Positions 24,301 to 36,400 of a stretch of DNA of 64,000 bases are shown in pieces. Below the pieces are notes generated by a model that had not been told where the DNA came from, did no database searches, and saw only the letters and a list, made by a program, of their open reading frames with translations. The position numbers and the translations under genes are program-made. Position 1 is the first letter of the stretch. Every line of letters begins with the position of its first letter. Location of the stretch: positions 1,302,001 through 1,366,000 of the forward strand of contig OZ037766.1 in assembly GCA_964035545.1 (NCBI GenBank), in the 5' to 3' direction. The DNA comes from Bugula neritina (taxonomy: Eukaryota; Animalia; Bryozoa).

Positions 24301-27300
24301 AATACAGTCATTGGCGTAGTAATACAGTCATTGGCGTAGTAATACAGTCATTGGCGTAGTAATACAGTCATTGGCGTAGTAATACAGTCATTGGCGTAGT
24401 AATACAGTCATTGGCGTAGTAATACAGTCATTGGCGTAGTAATACAGTCATTGGCGTAGTAATACAACTGTAGTAGACAAATGCGGTGCTGAGCTGAAGA
24501 GTTGTGGGTAAATAGTGATGAATTAGTTGAAGAAAAGGAAACGCTGTGGGAACAGCAGGTAAGTTAGAGCAACTGGCTAGACTTAGCAGTGGTGCATTAG
24601 CAATATAGCCTTAGAACTATTCTAAATTTCAGCTCTCTGCTGACTGAGACCAGAATTTGTGTCACTCGTGCATTTCCTGTATTTTTGGGTTCTTTAGAGT
24701 AGAATGTTTAAATCTAATATCATGGAAGTATGATGTTATGATGAGAGGTTAGATTGAGTTGAGGAGAGCATAACTCTGTATGTTCAATTAACCCAACAAC
24801 GTCTTCACAATGTTTCATTGTGCCAACACTGTTGGCTCAATAGACATTCAGTTACTAACTGCCAGCTAATAGAATGCAATGTCACTGTAATGTACACCAA
24901 GTATTTACCACCACCAACAGTTTCAGGAGCAGTTATTACATACAATCCACACACCTTAGACTTTAGAGTAGTACTAGTACTGGTACTAGTACTAGTACTA
25001 GTACTGGTACTGGTACTAGTACTAGAGTGATATAATAAGTAGTACCAGTGTAGTAGTAGCTACACTGATACTGCAAAATACATCTGAAGTACTGAAAGAA
25101 TACATTGTACACCAGGAGTATACTGCAAAATACACCTGAATACTACAGAAAACACCTGAAGCAGATTTAATCAGATACAGCAGCTAGTAGCACCTGAAGT
25201 ACAGCTAGTAGCACCTGAGGTACAGCTAGTAGCACCTGTGGTATAGCTAGTAGCACCTGAGGTACAGCTAGTAGCACCTGAGGTACAGCTAGTAGCACCT
25301 GAGGTACAGCTAGTAGCACCTGAGGTACAGCTAGTAGCACCTGAGGTACAGCTAGTAGCACCTGAGGTACAGCTAGTAAATAACAGGCTACTAGTTGGTT
25401 GTTGACAGTGTGCAAGGTGATAGACCATTAAGTTAAGAGAGGACAACTATGGTTTACACCAAAAGACTACAATACGCCATACTTACACCACTGTCCTATA
25501 TAAAACAAAATCAAGTGGGTTAATGAGAATGTAATGTTATATCCAATAAGGGTCAGGGTTCATGTGTACTCAAATATAATTTGCTCACTTAATATAGTGA
25601 CCTACACTATATATACACCGTGTCCTATATAATACATATACTTTGACCTATATCTATACTGTGACCTATATAAACATAGCCTAATAAAACATTTGGTATA
25701 CTGTGTTAGCCTACGTACACAGTGACCTACTTTCTCCAATGACTTACTCTATTGATGAATGAATATAACACACAGGTGGGTATACCATCAGGCAGCCTCT
25801 CAACTGTTAACAAGCACCCAGTTAGGAGGTCAAGAGCTGAGCACACAGCAGCAGGATGCTGGGGGGGGGGTGTAAATTGATGCCGACAGACGTAAAGGGA
25901 TGTCTCAAGACACTAACCTGGTCATCGTATATTGGAATCTCAATAGCCTTGGCAATCTCCCCGTGTTCAAACACAAGCACGCCTTCTCCCCCTTCAAAGT
26001 CCCGCCCATTTATGGCAGTCATGTCCTCTGTCTTCCACGACACCTGGATTCTGCCGTCTGCACCGTTCACTCTGTTTACAGCAACTAGGGCTTTCCCCAC
26101 GCTCTCCTTGAACACAAAGCTAGGGTGAGCAAACTCCAAGGTGCCAGGCTCTGCAGCAGACATAGCAGAAGGGAAACATTAACCTTGAACTTTCAATTGG
26201 CAAAGAATTAGAATGAAGCTGTATATATGATGAAGCATATAATTATTAGTGTTTATATCCAATATTGGAAAGCATCAAATGAAAGCTACAGTTAATCGGC
26301 TGTCATGTAATTCTTGCAACAAATTCAATGTAACTCAATGGGATTCCGTGTAATTAAATGTGATTTAATGTTATTAAATATAAATGAACAAATATAAAAA
26401 TATATTAAAATAAATATCATTGTGATTAGTGTGACTCAATGTGACTCAATATGATTAATATACGAGTAACACTTGTATGATGCAATGTGATTCCTTGTAA
26501 CTAGAAGTGACTGGATGTAACTCAACTTATGATAATCACCACACTAACTACTCACCATCATCATTAATAATGGTAATCATATTGATACTCTTCTTTCCCA
26601 GGAGAGCCTCTTGCTCCGGTTCCAGAGCCATCTTGATGAAGAACGTCTCATCAGGCTCGTACACGTTATCATCAATGATCTCTACTACGTACTCGATGTA
26701 CGTCTGACCCGGTTGAAACGCCAACGTCTGCTTCACGGGGATGTAATCCTCTCCAGCCGTAGCTGAGCCGTCAATTGTCTCTAGTCTAAGAAAAGTTAGG
26801 AATCGCTCATGTATGCTTCAATGTATTAAAATATAAATTAATTCAAAGCTGGATAAAACTAAACTAAAAATTAAGTAAAGTAAAGGTTACTGCTAAACTA
26901 TTTATAATTTTCATTGAAATATTTATTTGATAGGTTCAGTCATTGGAATTAAAGGTCAAGCTAAAAGAATTTTTAGTCAGTCTCAAACCATCATAGTTTG
27001 AACTGTTACACTTTTATTGCATATATAACTTTAGAAAATAATCCTTTTACTTCATAGTTCATATAACAGCATAAACTTGAAAAAAATAAAAAAACTAACA
27101 AATTGTTGTGTAAGGCATAAAAGTATTCTGACAATTATGGAAATTGCTGACTACAGCTGTTGGTTCACTTTGACTTCTTCAGCTAGAAACCAGCATGCAA
27201 GAGCAGAGACAAGATAGAGATACCTGAATGCCACTTGGTTATCCTTCTTTCCATACCGCCTGATGCCAACTTTACACTTCTGCTCTCTCTCCAGGACAGC

Positions 27301-30300
27301 AACTGAGGAGGCCGTAAACTCCAAGACAGCGATTCGACCTTTATCGGAAAGGTCAACGAGTGACCCGTGGTACGCTGACCCTTGGTCACTTATTACAGTG
27401 TCCTTGGCCTTCATGTCATCATAAACCTAAATACGGCAGCAAGGTACATGAGGTGAGTATGTGACTACAGTTTAGGTATCAGTTTGCAGTCTCTTTGTGA
27501 ACTTGGCAAAGGTTTTAGCTATGAACTTGGCACCAAGTCACGCTAGCAACATGACTTGAGAGATATTTCCTGTAACAAGCAGTAATAAAAGCTTTGCCTT
27601 AATCACTAACTACTGTTTAGTATTTATTGTGATTTATTATGTATGTCCATCTATTGTTACATGTGGAAGTAACTTCAAGGTTACACAACCATAAAAAGTT
27701 AAAACAGTTATATGTAAAACTTCACAGCACACAAAACAGTGTTTTAAGACTAAAACACAAATACGAAATCCAAACAATAATTAATCACTAAAATGCATAT
27801 TACCACAAACTATTAATTTAGAGTTTTCTGCTCGTGTTGAGTCAGTATTTAGTATTTCAGTATCTTCAGTTACATGACAATATAGTTTACATGAATTACC
27901 AGTATTTCTCCTGATTAGTTGTATTCGGCAAACAGCCTCAAAGTACACAAAGTTTCTTCCCATTTGAAGTTAAATTTTATAGCTCAAAATTTATACCAAA
28001 GATACAAAATACTGAACTGAAATATAAAAAGGTTAAAATCCTGACAGTTTACAAGCAACTGCATTTCAGTTGCTTCGGTATTCCCAAAAGTCTACTCTTA
28101 ATTTGAGTCAAGACAACTCTTAATAGTTATGATGCGCTTTAGTGATTACAAAGTAAAAATTATGGAAGTAAATACAGGAGAAGGGAGAAGGTTCATCACC
28201 TTTCTTCGTATAACTATGGCAGCTAAGATCTAAACAGAGTTCAAAGTTCGCATTACCTGATTGTAATCTAATGCAGCAGATAATATATCATTAACAGAGA
28301 TGGGAAAATTAACAAACTATTTGTTACAGAAAAATAGCAACTATCTCAAGATTTAGAAATATAAACAATACAAGAATCTATTTGTAGGCACAGGTCTACC
28401 TCTGAAAGTTGGGGGTTTAACCTCGGAGCTAAACTTTTCCCGCCAAAAAGTTTACGGGAGGCATTAACTCTGTACCATCCTCGACTTTTCTTTTGTTCCT
28501 CTGCTATTCTAGCAGCTGCCAGTCTTGCTTTATCTTCATCAGATAAATGGTGACTTTTTCCAATTTCCTATAATGATGTATCAATTGGGTGACAACTCCA
28601 AATAATACAACATATCAAGTATTATTCAGCTCCATGTAATGAGTGTATGGATAAACATATTCAAGTACTTTAACAATTTCCAAGAAGACTAAACATGATG
28701 CCATGCTGAACTTGTAGCAATGAGATCAAAGACTTTTCATGGACTCAAAGAGATAACACAGGGCTGACTGCAATGCATGGTTAGTTGATAGACAGAACAG
28801 CTGTGTTTAGAGTTACACATACCAGTTTGTTATTAGGGTCAGTTACTCAACAGCTTTAACAAGGGTATTAGTTTAGTGTGTGCTTTTGTAAAGTGAAGTC
28901 AAGAAATGACTGTTTGTAGTTTTAGTGACTCAAATACAGAATCTTTAGATTCATAAAAAATTCTTTAAAACAATATCAAAAATTCTACAGTCTTTTTATT
29001 TCAACATAACAATTATTTTAATATTGGCAAGATCTCCAGTAATGCATCTGGTTGTTTCTAATTGGGTGAATTTGTTCACCATTTAATACACAAAATCAAA
29101 TCATTTTCAAAGTAGAAGTTGATTTGTTGAGATGAAAATATTATACAACTCTCCAAAAAAATTACTTAAATCCAACTGCAGTTGAATAAATATAACAAAG
29201 TGAAAATTTATATTACGTAATTTATTATGTTTTTATTACCAGAATAAATATTTTTTTAATAAAATAATAAATATTTTTTTAAATTATTAAACTGCCACTC
29301 CATAGTACACAAGTGACGTTAAACTTAGTGTTTGTAAACAAACATGTATAGTTAGAAAGAAAACAGCACAACATCAAGAGTTGAGATAAAACGAGAGTTA
29401 GAGTAACAGAGCCAAGTGGAAGCTGTCCACAGATACACCTCATATTCGTAATATGAAAGGTGTTTGGGGCTGGAGTTGGTATTTAAAAGTCTTCTATCAA
29501 GTGTTATTATTTGAATAGTTTTAGAAAACTTAAGCTGAGTCTACTTTGTACAAATATTTGTGCACCTGAAGAACGTTGTTTATGTTATAAAGGTACAAAT
29601 ATGACATCTGAAATAATCATGTAAGATTAAATGATACTTTTAAGGCATCTTTATCTTATAGCAAGAATTACTATTAAGGTTTGTTAATCTGTGAAAAAGT
29701 ACTAATAGAAGACATTTAAACTCTTGTTTAGTAACACAAGTCTGTGAACAGCTTCAACAAATACAGAAAAGTATTTAGCCCAATTCACATAGGTCTGAGC
29801 AACAAATGATACCAGGCTCTAATACTGATTTAGCACGACTTTTTCTACAAGCCTTAATTGCCTCCCCTTGAATCTAATTAGTAGTGACAAATAATAGCAT
29901 TGGGAACAGGAAAGCCTATTACAAATAGGCTTTCAGCAGTAAATTTACCGGTTCTGATACCACAAACATTAAGCAGCTATTAGCTTTGATCACTATTATG
30001 GGGGGGGGGGGGCTGCACAATTTTATGAGATGATAACTCCAACATAAAAACTGCTGAAAGCTAAAGAACTGCCACATGCCAAAGCATTTCTAGGACTAAG
30101 CGGCTGATGTTCAACTATTTTAAAGATATTTTTCTGTAGCCCTAAATCTACAACTATCACCGGCATGGGGTGTAAGTCAGCCTGCCCCAAAACTAGAGCC
30201 CCATCATGGCGTCTAGCCGTCAAGCTCTGTGAATTAGGCTAGGGTGAAGCTACAATAAGTTTCAACAAACATACTTACTTCTTCCAACTTTACAGGAAAA

Positions 30301-33300
30301 CAAAAACCAAAGAAAAAAGTTAAAATCATTCATTTACTCCATTTACTTCATCATATTAGACAATAATATTGTTTAAATTAAAAGAAAATGAAAACTGTAC
30401 ATTCAGTAAAGGAATTATAGTCTCATTGTATTTGAAGATAATATAACAGATATCAGTTAATAAAATACTTTGACTAAAAAATTTGATTCATTTGAAGTAC
30501 ACTACTGGCTTAATAGAAGGAAACCCCCTAAAAATTACTGCCTTCAATTTTCTTTATACTACAAGCAGATTAAAAACCTATTGTTGTGCAAATAAGTATG
30601 AGAAATGTTGTCTCTTTCAACAGTTGGTCTGTTCCAGAAACAATGTGCATGACTCATGATTCTCTTTATAACAAAAGTAAATTTACGATTTTTTTACTTT
30701 CAACCAGCACCTCCTCTATATCTCAGCTAACTGGACTTTGAGCAAAACAACAAACTATAACTAATAGTTTATCAGAGTATATCTAGTCATGAACATTATC
30801 TCCAACAGTTTATTTGCTTCGTTTAGCTTAGCTAATGTGTGAAGTGCATCAGATTGAAAATAAGTTGCTACGAACTGTTTGCCAAAATCTTCTATGAACA
30901 ACAGGAAATGTGTGGGTGTAAATGATGCAATCATCAAAACCACTGAGTGCGTGTAACTTAACAACACTGATGCCATGAAGGCAGGATATGTGTAACCAGG
31001 TAATACTGACGCCATAACTACAGGAAGCGTATGCATATCATTTGTACAATGACTAGAGTCAGTTGACTATAGTCAGTTAGTGTCTGTCAACATTGCAGTG
31101 TATGTATAGGGTTACTAATACTACTAATTATATCGTACTATACAACCCTGTGACTCACCTTGAGAATTTGGGCAATCAGATTCTTGTCCACTTTGCCGTC
31201 CTTCCACAGATGCTTGTATTTGTCCAGCAGCTTGGTCTGGGCATCATCTAAATAATTATGCATGCAACTTTTAGCACTCATAAAATCATAAAGTTTATCT
31301 AACACTAATAAATGCAGTATAAATAGTAAATGAGTACTGATATGAGTTTGGCATGTTGCAAAGTATTTAATATACATATAATCAGATCATGGAGTTGTGT
31401 CCACCCTGATGGAAATCAGTATGGTGCAGCTGTTCAAGAACAGCACGAAAATCACTGTTGAACATAAACTCAACTAGTGCAAGCTTTCTGAATACACTAG
31501 AAAAACCTTTCTAGAATGATTTAATGGTTTCCCACAAGTTACTGCAAGTTTTTTATCAGAAAACCTGAACAAGCTAAATCTGAACAATTTGTTGTAACAA
31601 TAGAACATTCTAGAATATATTCAGACGAAAATAATCTAGATATGAATAGCTTTTTGCTCTTCATAGATTCAGTGAATTCCAAGCTTGGCATGTCTAAGAA
31701 ACTTTCGAGGTTACCAGGAATTTCATGTTTTTTGGTTAAAAACAACAAAAAAGATGATAAATTGTGTGAGTAGTAAGACACAACTATAGCACAATAAGTA
31801 TAATATAGAAATGATGCAGGTACAAAATACTACACCAAAACAATTAGTGTCGGCAATAGTAATGCAGTGCAATAAGCTAGTAAAAATAAATAAAAATTAA
31901 ACTAAAAAATAAAAAAGCTGATAATTTAGCACAACCAGCAATATTTTGATGTGTAAATTACAGAATGTTATTTTTAATAACTATTTTTTGATGAAATAAT
32001 TTTAAAATATCAATTCAAGAAATTTTAGAAATAATTTGAAACACTATTTCAAAATCAGTCACAAGTTAAAAGCTACTTTATAAACAGACAGCAAAAATGA
32101 GACAATAACTGTCATGGGAGGACAATTCCTTGTGAAACAAAAGAAAAAGCTTACAAACTAAAGCTATAAGAACTGGCTCTAAAAACTGATGGAAAATATC
32201 AGAGGTGAAAGAAATGGGGTGTAGTTTGTGACGAACTCAAAGCTAGTAAATATTTATAGCACTTACTCTTTGCTGGTGATTAAAATAGAAATATATGAAT
32301 TAATTTGGGTAACAAATCTTATAGTAAAACAGTCTAAGCAGAGGAACTGCAACCCAAAACCATGCGTACAAACAAGCATCTAATTATAGAACACAGTCTA
32401 CATTTAATATTCAGAGAAACAGGGGCTAAATCTTATAGAGTTCTTTCTACTGGGTTTTAATTAGTTTAAAACCATTTTATTGGTTGAATTAATAGCTTAG
32501 ATTTTAAGCAAGATAGAATCAACTATTTCAGTTTATGAGTTTTTTTACAGAATTTGTACCAAACTTGCCAGCGGAAAAATTTGCTTGCTGAATTTATAAG
32601 TTCATGTGTTTGTCTTAATCGTGTTGATTCAAAACTTCAAAATAGAGAGAAAACTTTTGATAAGAAAAGTTATAAATCAGAATTTATTAACATATGGTCT
32701 TTTCCAGACAATAAAAAGTAGTGGCTGTTGCTATAGCTATCAGAATAACAAGCCTCACTTACCAAATCCTAACTCCATAGAGTTGGAGATCTTCTGAGCC
32801 TTGCTGCAGAAGTCTTTGTCAGCCACATAGGCTATGAGCACTAGGATGGGGAAGAAGAGAAGCGTTATCACCGCCTCCCAGATATCAACAAAGTCAGGAG
32901 TGATGGCCACTAGTATCACAATCAGCCAGATGTACGCGAAGATGCAGGAAAAGGCGGTAATGAAGAACACTTTGACTGACTTGATGACTCGAACTTCCGA
33001 GCTGTCGATGACGACGACACAGACGGCTGTGATGACTAGCAAGTTGAACGCTGCCGACCCAACAATCGTAGAAGGCCCGAGTTCGCCGGCATTGAAGTTG
33101 TTACCAACGATCTCTATTATAGAGAGGAGGATTTCTGGAGCACTGGAACCGAGGGCCATAAGAGTGAGGTTGGCTACCGTGTCGTTCCAAACTCGTATCT
33201 CAATCTCTTCAGTCCCGGCCTTACTCGTTGAGGCGATGGTGATGATTCTAGTCTTGCTAGTTATCTTCTCTATGGAGCACATAAAGACGTCTGCTAGGAT

Positions 33301-33471
33301 GGCCACGCCCATGAAGCAATAGAGTAGGCCAATTAGATACACTGCGGTCCTGGCGTACGGGTGCCATGTAAATTCACTGATCAGCGGCAACCACAGTCCA
33401 TCCTTCGAACAATCAAAACTCTCTCGGACTTCATTCAACGTGTAGTACGTTGTGTTGTTTACATCCAACAT
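21325..33471 (-). CDS. SLC8A: Sodium/calcium exchanger (SLC8/NCX family), ~828 aa, 11 coding exons
   Basis: Exons (minus) 33471-32763, 31247-31159, 28567-28400, 27426-27224, 26785-26556, 26150-25918, 22995-22890, 22563-22385, 22216-22045, 21830-21670, 21561-21325 (2487 nt, phases consistent). Alpha-1 repeat [17 protein letters not shown]...[17 protein letters not shown], two Calx-beta domains ([10 protein letters not shown]...[11 protein letters not shown]; [10 protein letters not shown]...IYDDQDAEKDE) and alpha-2 repeat [13 protein letters not shown]...[14 protein letters not shown]. Start ATG 33471 is inferred from an in-frame stop upstream and an acceptor at 33531; 5' UTR exons probably lie in 33.6-44 kb. 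Confidence 0.93.
22586..22850. repeat. ~33-bp minisatellite (TAGTAATGTAGGTGATAGACTATATAGTGTAGG) filling most of an NCX intron
   Basis: Visible tandem units between exons ending at 22890 and starting at 22563. Confidence 0.88.
23774..24117. mobile_element. Non-autonomous PIF/Harbinger (Tourist-like) MITE, copy 1, 344 bp, in an NCX intron
   Basis: 71-bp TIRs (GCCTAGGGCCACAC...TCCACTGTA, 23774-23844 and 24047-24117, 2 mismatches) with TAA target duplication (23771-23773, 24118-24120); second copy at 56970-57312. A 3-bp TWA TSD is characteristic of PIF/Harbinger. Confidence 0.88.
24145..24466. repeat. Perfect 20-bp minisatellite CAGTCATTGGCGTAGTAATA, ~16 copies
   Basis: Identical tandem units starting ~27 bp after the MITE. 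Confidence 0.95.
24968..25025. repeat. (GTACTR)n hexamer repeat
   Basis: Visible run. Confidence 0.85.
25179..25378. repeat. 21-bp minisatellite CAGCTAGTAGCACCTGAGGTA, ~9.5 copies, with degenerate copies extending to ~25067
   Basis: Visible tandem units; source of spurious ORFs 25167-25446. Confidence 0.9.
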
Positions 33472-36400
33472 CGCATCTGCAGCTGGAAACACTCACTGCC
33501 TTCTGTTGGTTACACTTGCTCAGTGAAATACTGTAAAAATATACAACATGGAGTTAAAGACATCACCATTCATCTAGATTCTAGTATATAATATTAATAT
33601 ACTCCATAGCTTACAGAGCACACCTGTATTGCTGCTTTGATTTTAATTTAAAATTGCAACAACAAAAACAGCATGAACAATTTCTTGAACATTTTATATA
33701 TTTTTCATGCAAGTGAAAAAGGCCCAGATTGCCACCTTCAATGTAAATAAACTGTTCGGAGACTGCCTATTGGGTAGTAGGTGTAGATTTTCAGTTTCAA
33801 GTGTTATATATATTCATCAAGTAATCAATAGCAATTCACACAAGTATTGTAGTATTATGTTATGCAACAATAAGGCAAGCTGGACAGTAGAATAAAAGGG
33901 TCAACAGTGTAAATAAACAAAATAGTGGTTACTATGCACTCACAATGTACTCCCTACTACTGCTATAGAGTTATTATACCTGCATCATCACACCTAGCAA
34001 CACCCACACACATACAGACCTGCAGAGTAAATATTATATTACTAAACACTATTAAGTTTGCTTAGTAAAATAGCATTTCATCGTAGTTCATAGGTTTATA
34101 TAAATAATGAGATCTGCTATAGCAACATGACTAGGAGTTGCGTTTCCTCCCATTACAAAATTTCCTAAGATATGCAAATTTACTAATGGTTGGTAAAGTT
34201 TGAGGTTTTTGAGAATTTCCTATTAACTAAGTGAGAATATAACACTAATCTGATAGTTTGATATAGAATAGTAACACCTGGTTGAAAGTAAATACTAATG
34301 AGGAGTAAGTTTTGTCAGCTAGTATTTACTTTTGATATTCTACACCATGTGTTGTCTAGCTGTGCATCTATATATGTTATGTCAGTGTGAGAGTGTGATG
34401 GGTAGATTAGAGGTTATACAGTAGTCAGGGAATAGCCTATTCAACTCCTATCATACTTGCTTAATATAATATAATTAAACACAAAACATACTATAACTTA
34501 AATATAGAATACAATGACTAAAAAGGTTGAAACTCTACATGACCAAAACATCAGTACATATTAGTCATTATATGTTTATTAGATGTCTACAAGCACGGAA
34601 AGGAAATATGCTGGTGTATAGCCTTGTGCTGGGTGCTAGAACACATGAATTTCTATTCTAGAGTTTTACCTACTAAACGCATATACCACCATATATATGA
34701 ATTCAGTGGTGCGAGCCTAGGGAACTGATGTTTGTTCTCAAATCTGTCGCATTTTACATTTTCTCTGGAAACAACTGGTTTTGGAAATGTAATATTATAG
34801 ATTAAGTATAAATATGTATTTTCTATGAAGTACAGATTTCTGAGTGGTAAAGTAATGGCATGGAATCATTTATGAATTTCCAAGTAAAATAGATTTAATG
34901 ACATTGCAGTGTTTTTACAAGAAAAAACAGTATTTCCAGATTATGATGATTAAAGCAACTATGAAAAATAACTGACTGATCTAAGAATAGAAAAGGCAGC
35001 AGTTAGAAATTCAGCAGTGGGCTGTCCAGCCCCATTTCTATCAGCAGTCTACAGTTTATTACAGAAGCCACATGGATGTTTATTACAACTGAGTAGAGCT
35101 GACAGCTAAAACACAATCAATTACTGATAACTAGTGTTATATATAGAAAGTTAGTATGGATCTATTTCACTGACTAATATTTATCAGCACATTCTAAACT
35201 ATGCATTCCAACTTGAGTCAAATTATTCCAAAGCTACACAAAGTCTCTCTTCAAAGTAGAATAAATCTATTGCATGAAACTTTAACTGGAATTGCCACAA
35301 TTCTTATACTAGTTATAGTGTCACTGGTAAGAAGTTTGGATTAAGCCACCATCTTAAAAAATTGGTTCATGGGCAAACTTTTCAAACTTGAGACAGATTT
35401 GTAGTAAAAAGTAGGCCATGAGATAAGATTCTCAAACTTGGTACTAAAACAATGTTTACACGGATGAGATAAGCAAACAGAAAATATAACGTTAGTGAAC
35501 AACTCGGGCTATCTCAGCTAATAACCAGTTTATGTATACTCTGCTAACTTTAGGTTCCTGCAGTGTATAGCTTTGCACTAATGGGAGGGTGAGCTAACGA
35601 TAAGGGGGTACTAATGGGCCTACCTGGGTAACTACATTCTATATATAATTTCTTAGTCTACATAAAATAGACAATTAACACAACAGGGATAATATTCATA
35701 CTACTAAATGAAGACTAGTTAGTAATATTATAGTTTCAGTATTTACTATAGGGAGTCCTATGCTAGTTTAGTTACTATAAACATTACACATACCACTACA
35801 CCTACACTTTCCATTACAGTACACTAGACTAGCACATACCTTTAACACTACACAACATACCTACACCTAGAATGTCAACAATTCTTAGTTTAAGTTTATA
35901 GTTGAGATATGATGCATTCTACCTTAGTTATGTAATATTGTCCTACACCACTGAGTAAGAACTACGCGTTGTACCGTTGTACGCATGATTTAGTTACAGT
36001 GCATTACAACCACTAAACTGTCTTTATATTGAGCTAACACACATCTTGAAGTGGAAATATATCATGTGATATTCTAGCTTACCAGCAGAAATGGATAGCC
36101 ACTGAGTTAAGTGGGCAAAATGATGTCTTCAAACACATACAATAGTATCTTTGAGCGCATGCAATAATGATTTCAAACTTAAAGAGCTTTACTGAACTTC
36201 TACTTCAAAATGCTGAACTCAAAACAATAAATGGATTTAGGAGTTGACTGCCCTTATTGGGATCATTCCTTAATAGCTCTTCTAATTTGAATGTAGCATC
36301 TTGGAAGATAATTGTTATTGATTGTTAAATTAACTTTGCAGAGCCATCAGGATCAGCTGAATAGACTAATTTAACTAATAGGCAGGCCTGTTTCACAGAT

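Noticed and set aside
26786-27223. Possible U12-type intron in NCX (donor GTATCTCT, TTCCTAAC close to the acceptor)
   Set aside because: Both signals deviate from the U12 consensus (GTATCCTT, TTCCTTAAC) and fit an ordinary U2 intron with a CTAAC branch point.
32834-33322. 162-aa plus-strand ORF (similar cases at 22059-22418, 25856-26128 and 45729-46223)
   Set aside because: Antisense shadows of NCX or FNBP4 coding exons with no independent motifs.
35290-35525. Possible decayed Helitron-like repeat ending CTCGGGCTATCTCAGCTAAT
   Set aside because: The terminal CTAG and hairpin are not intact and no second copy is present in the window.
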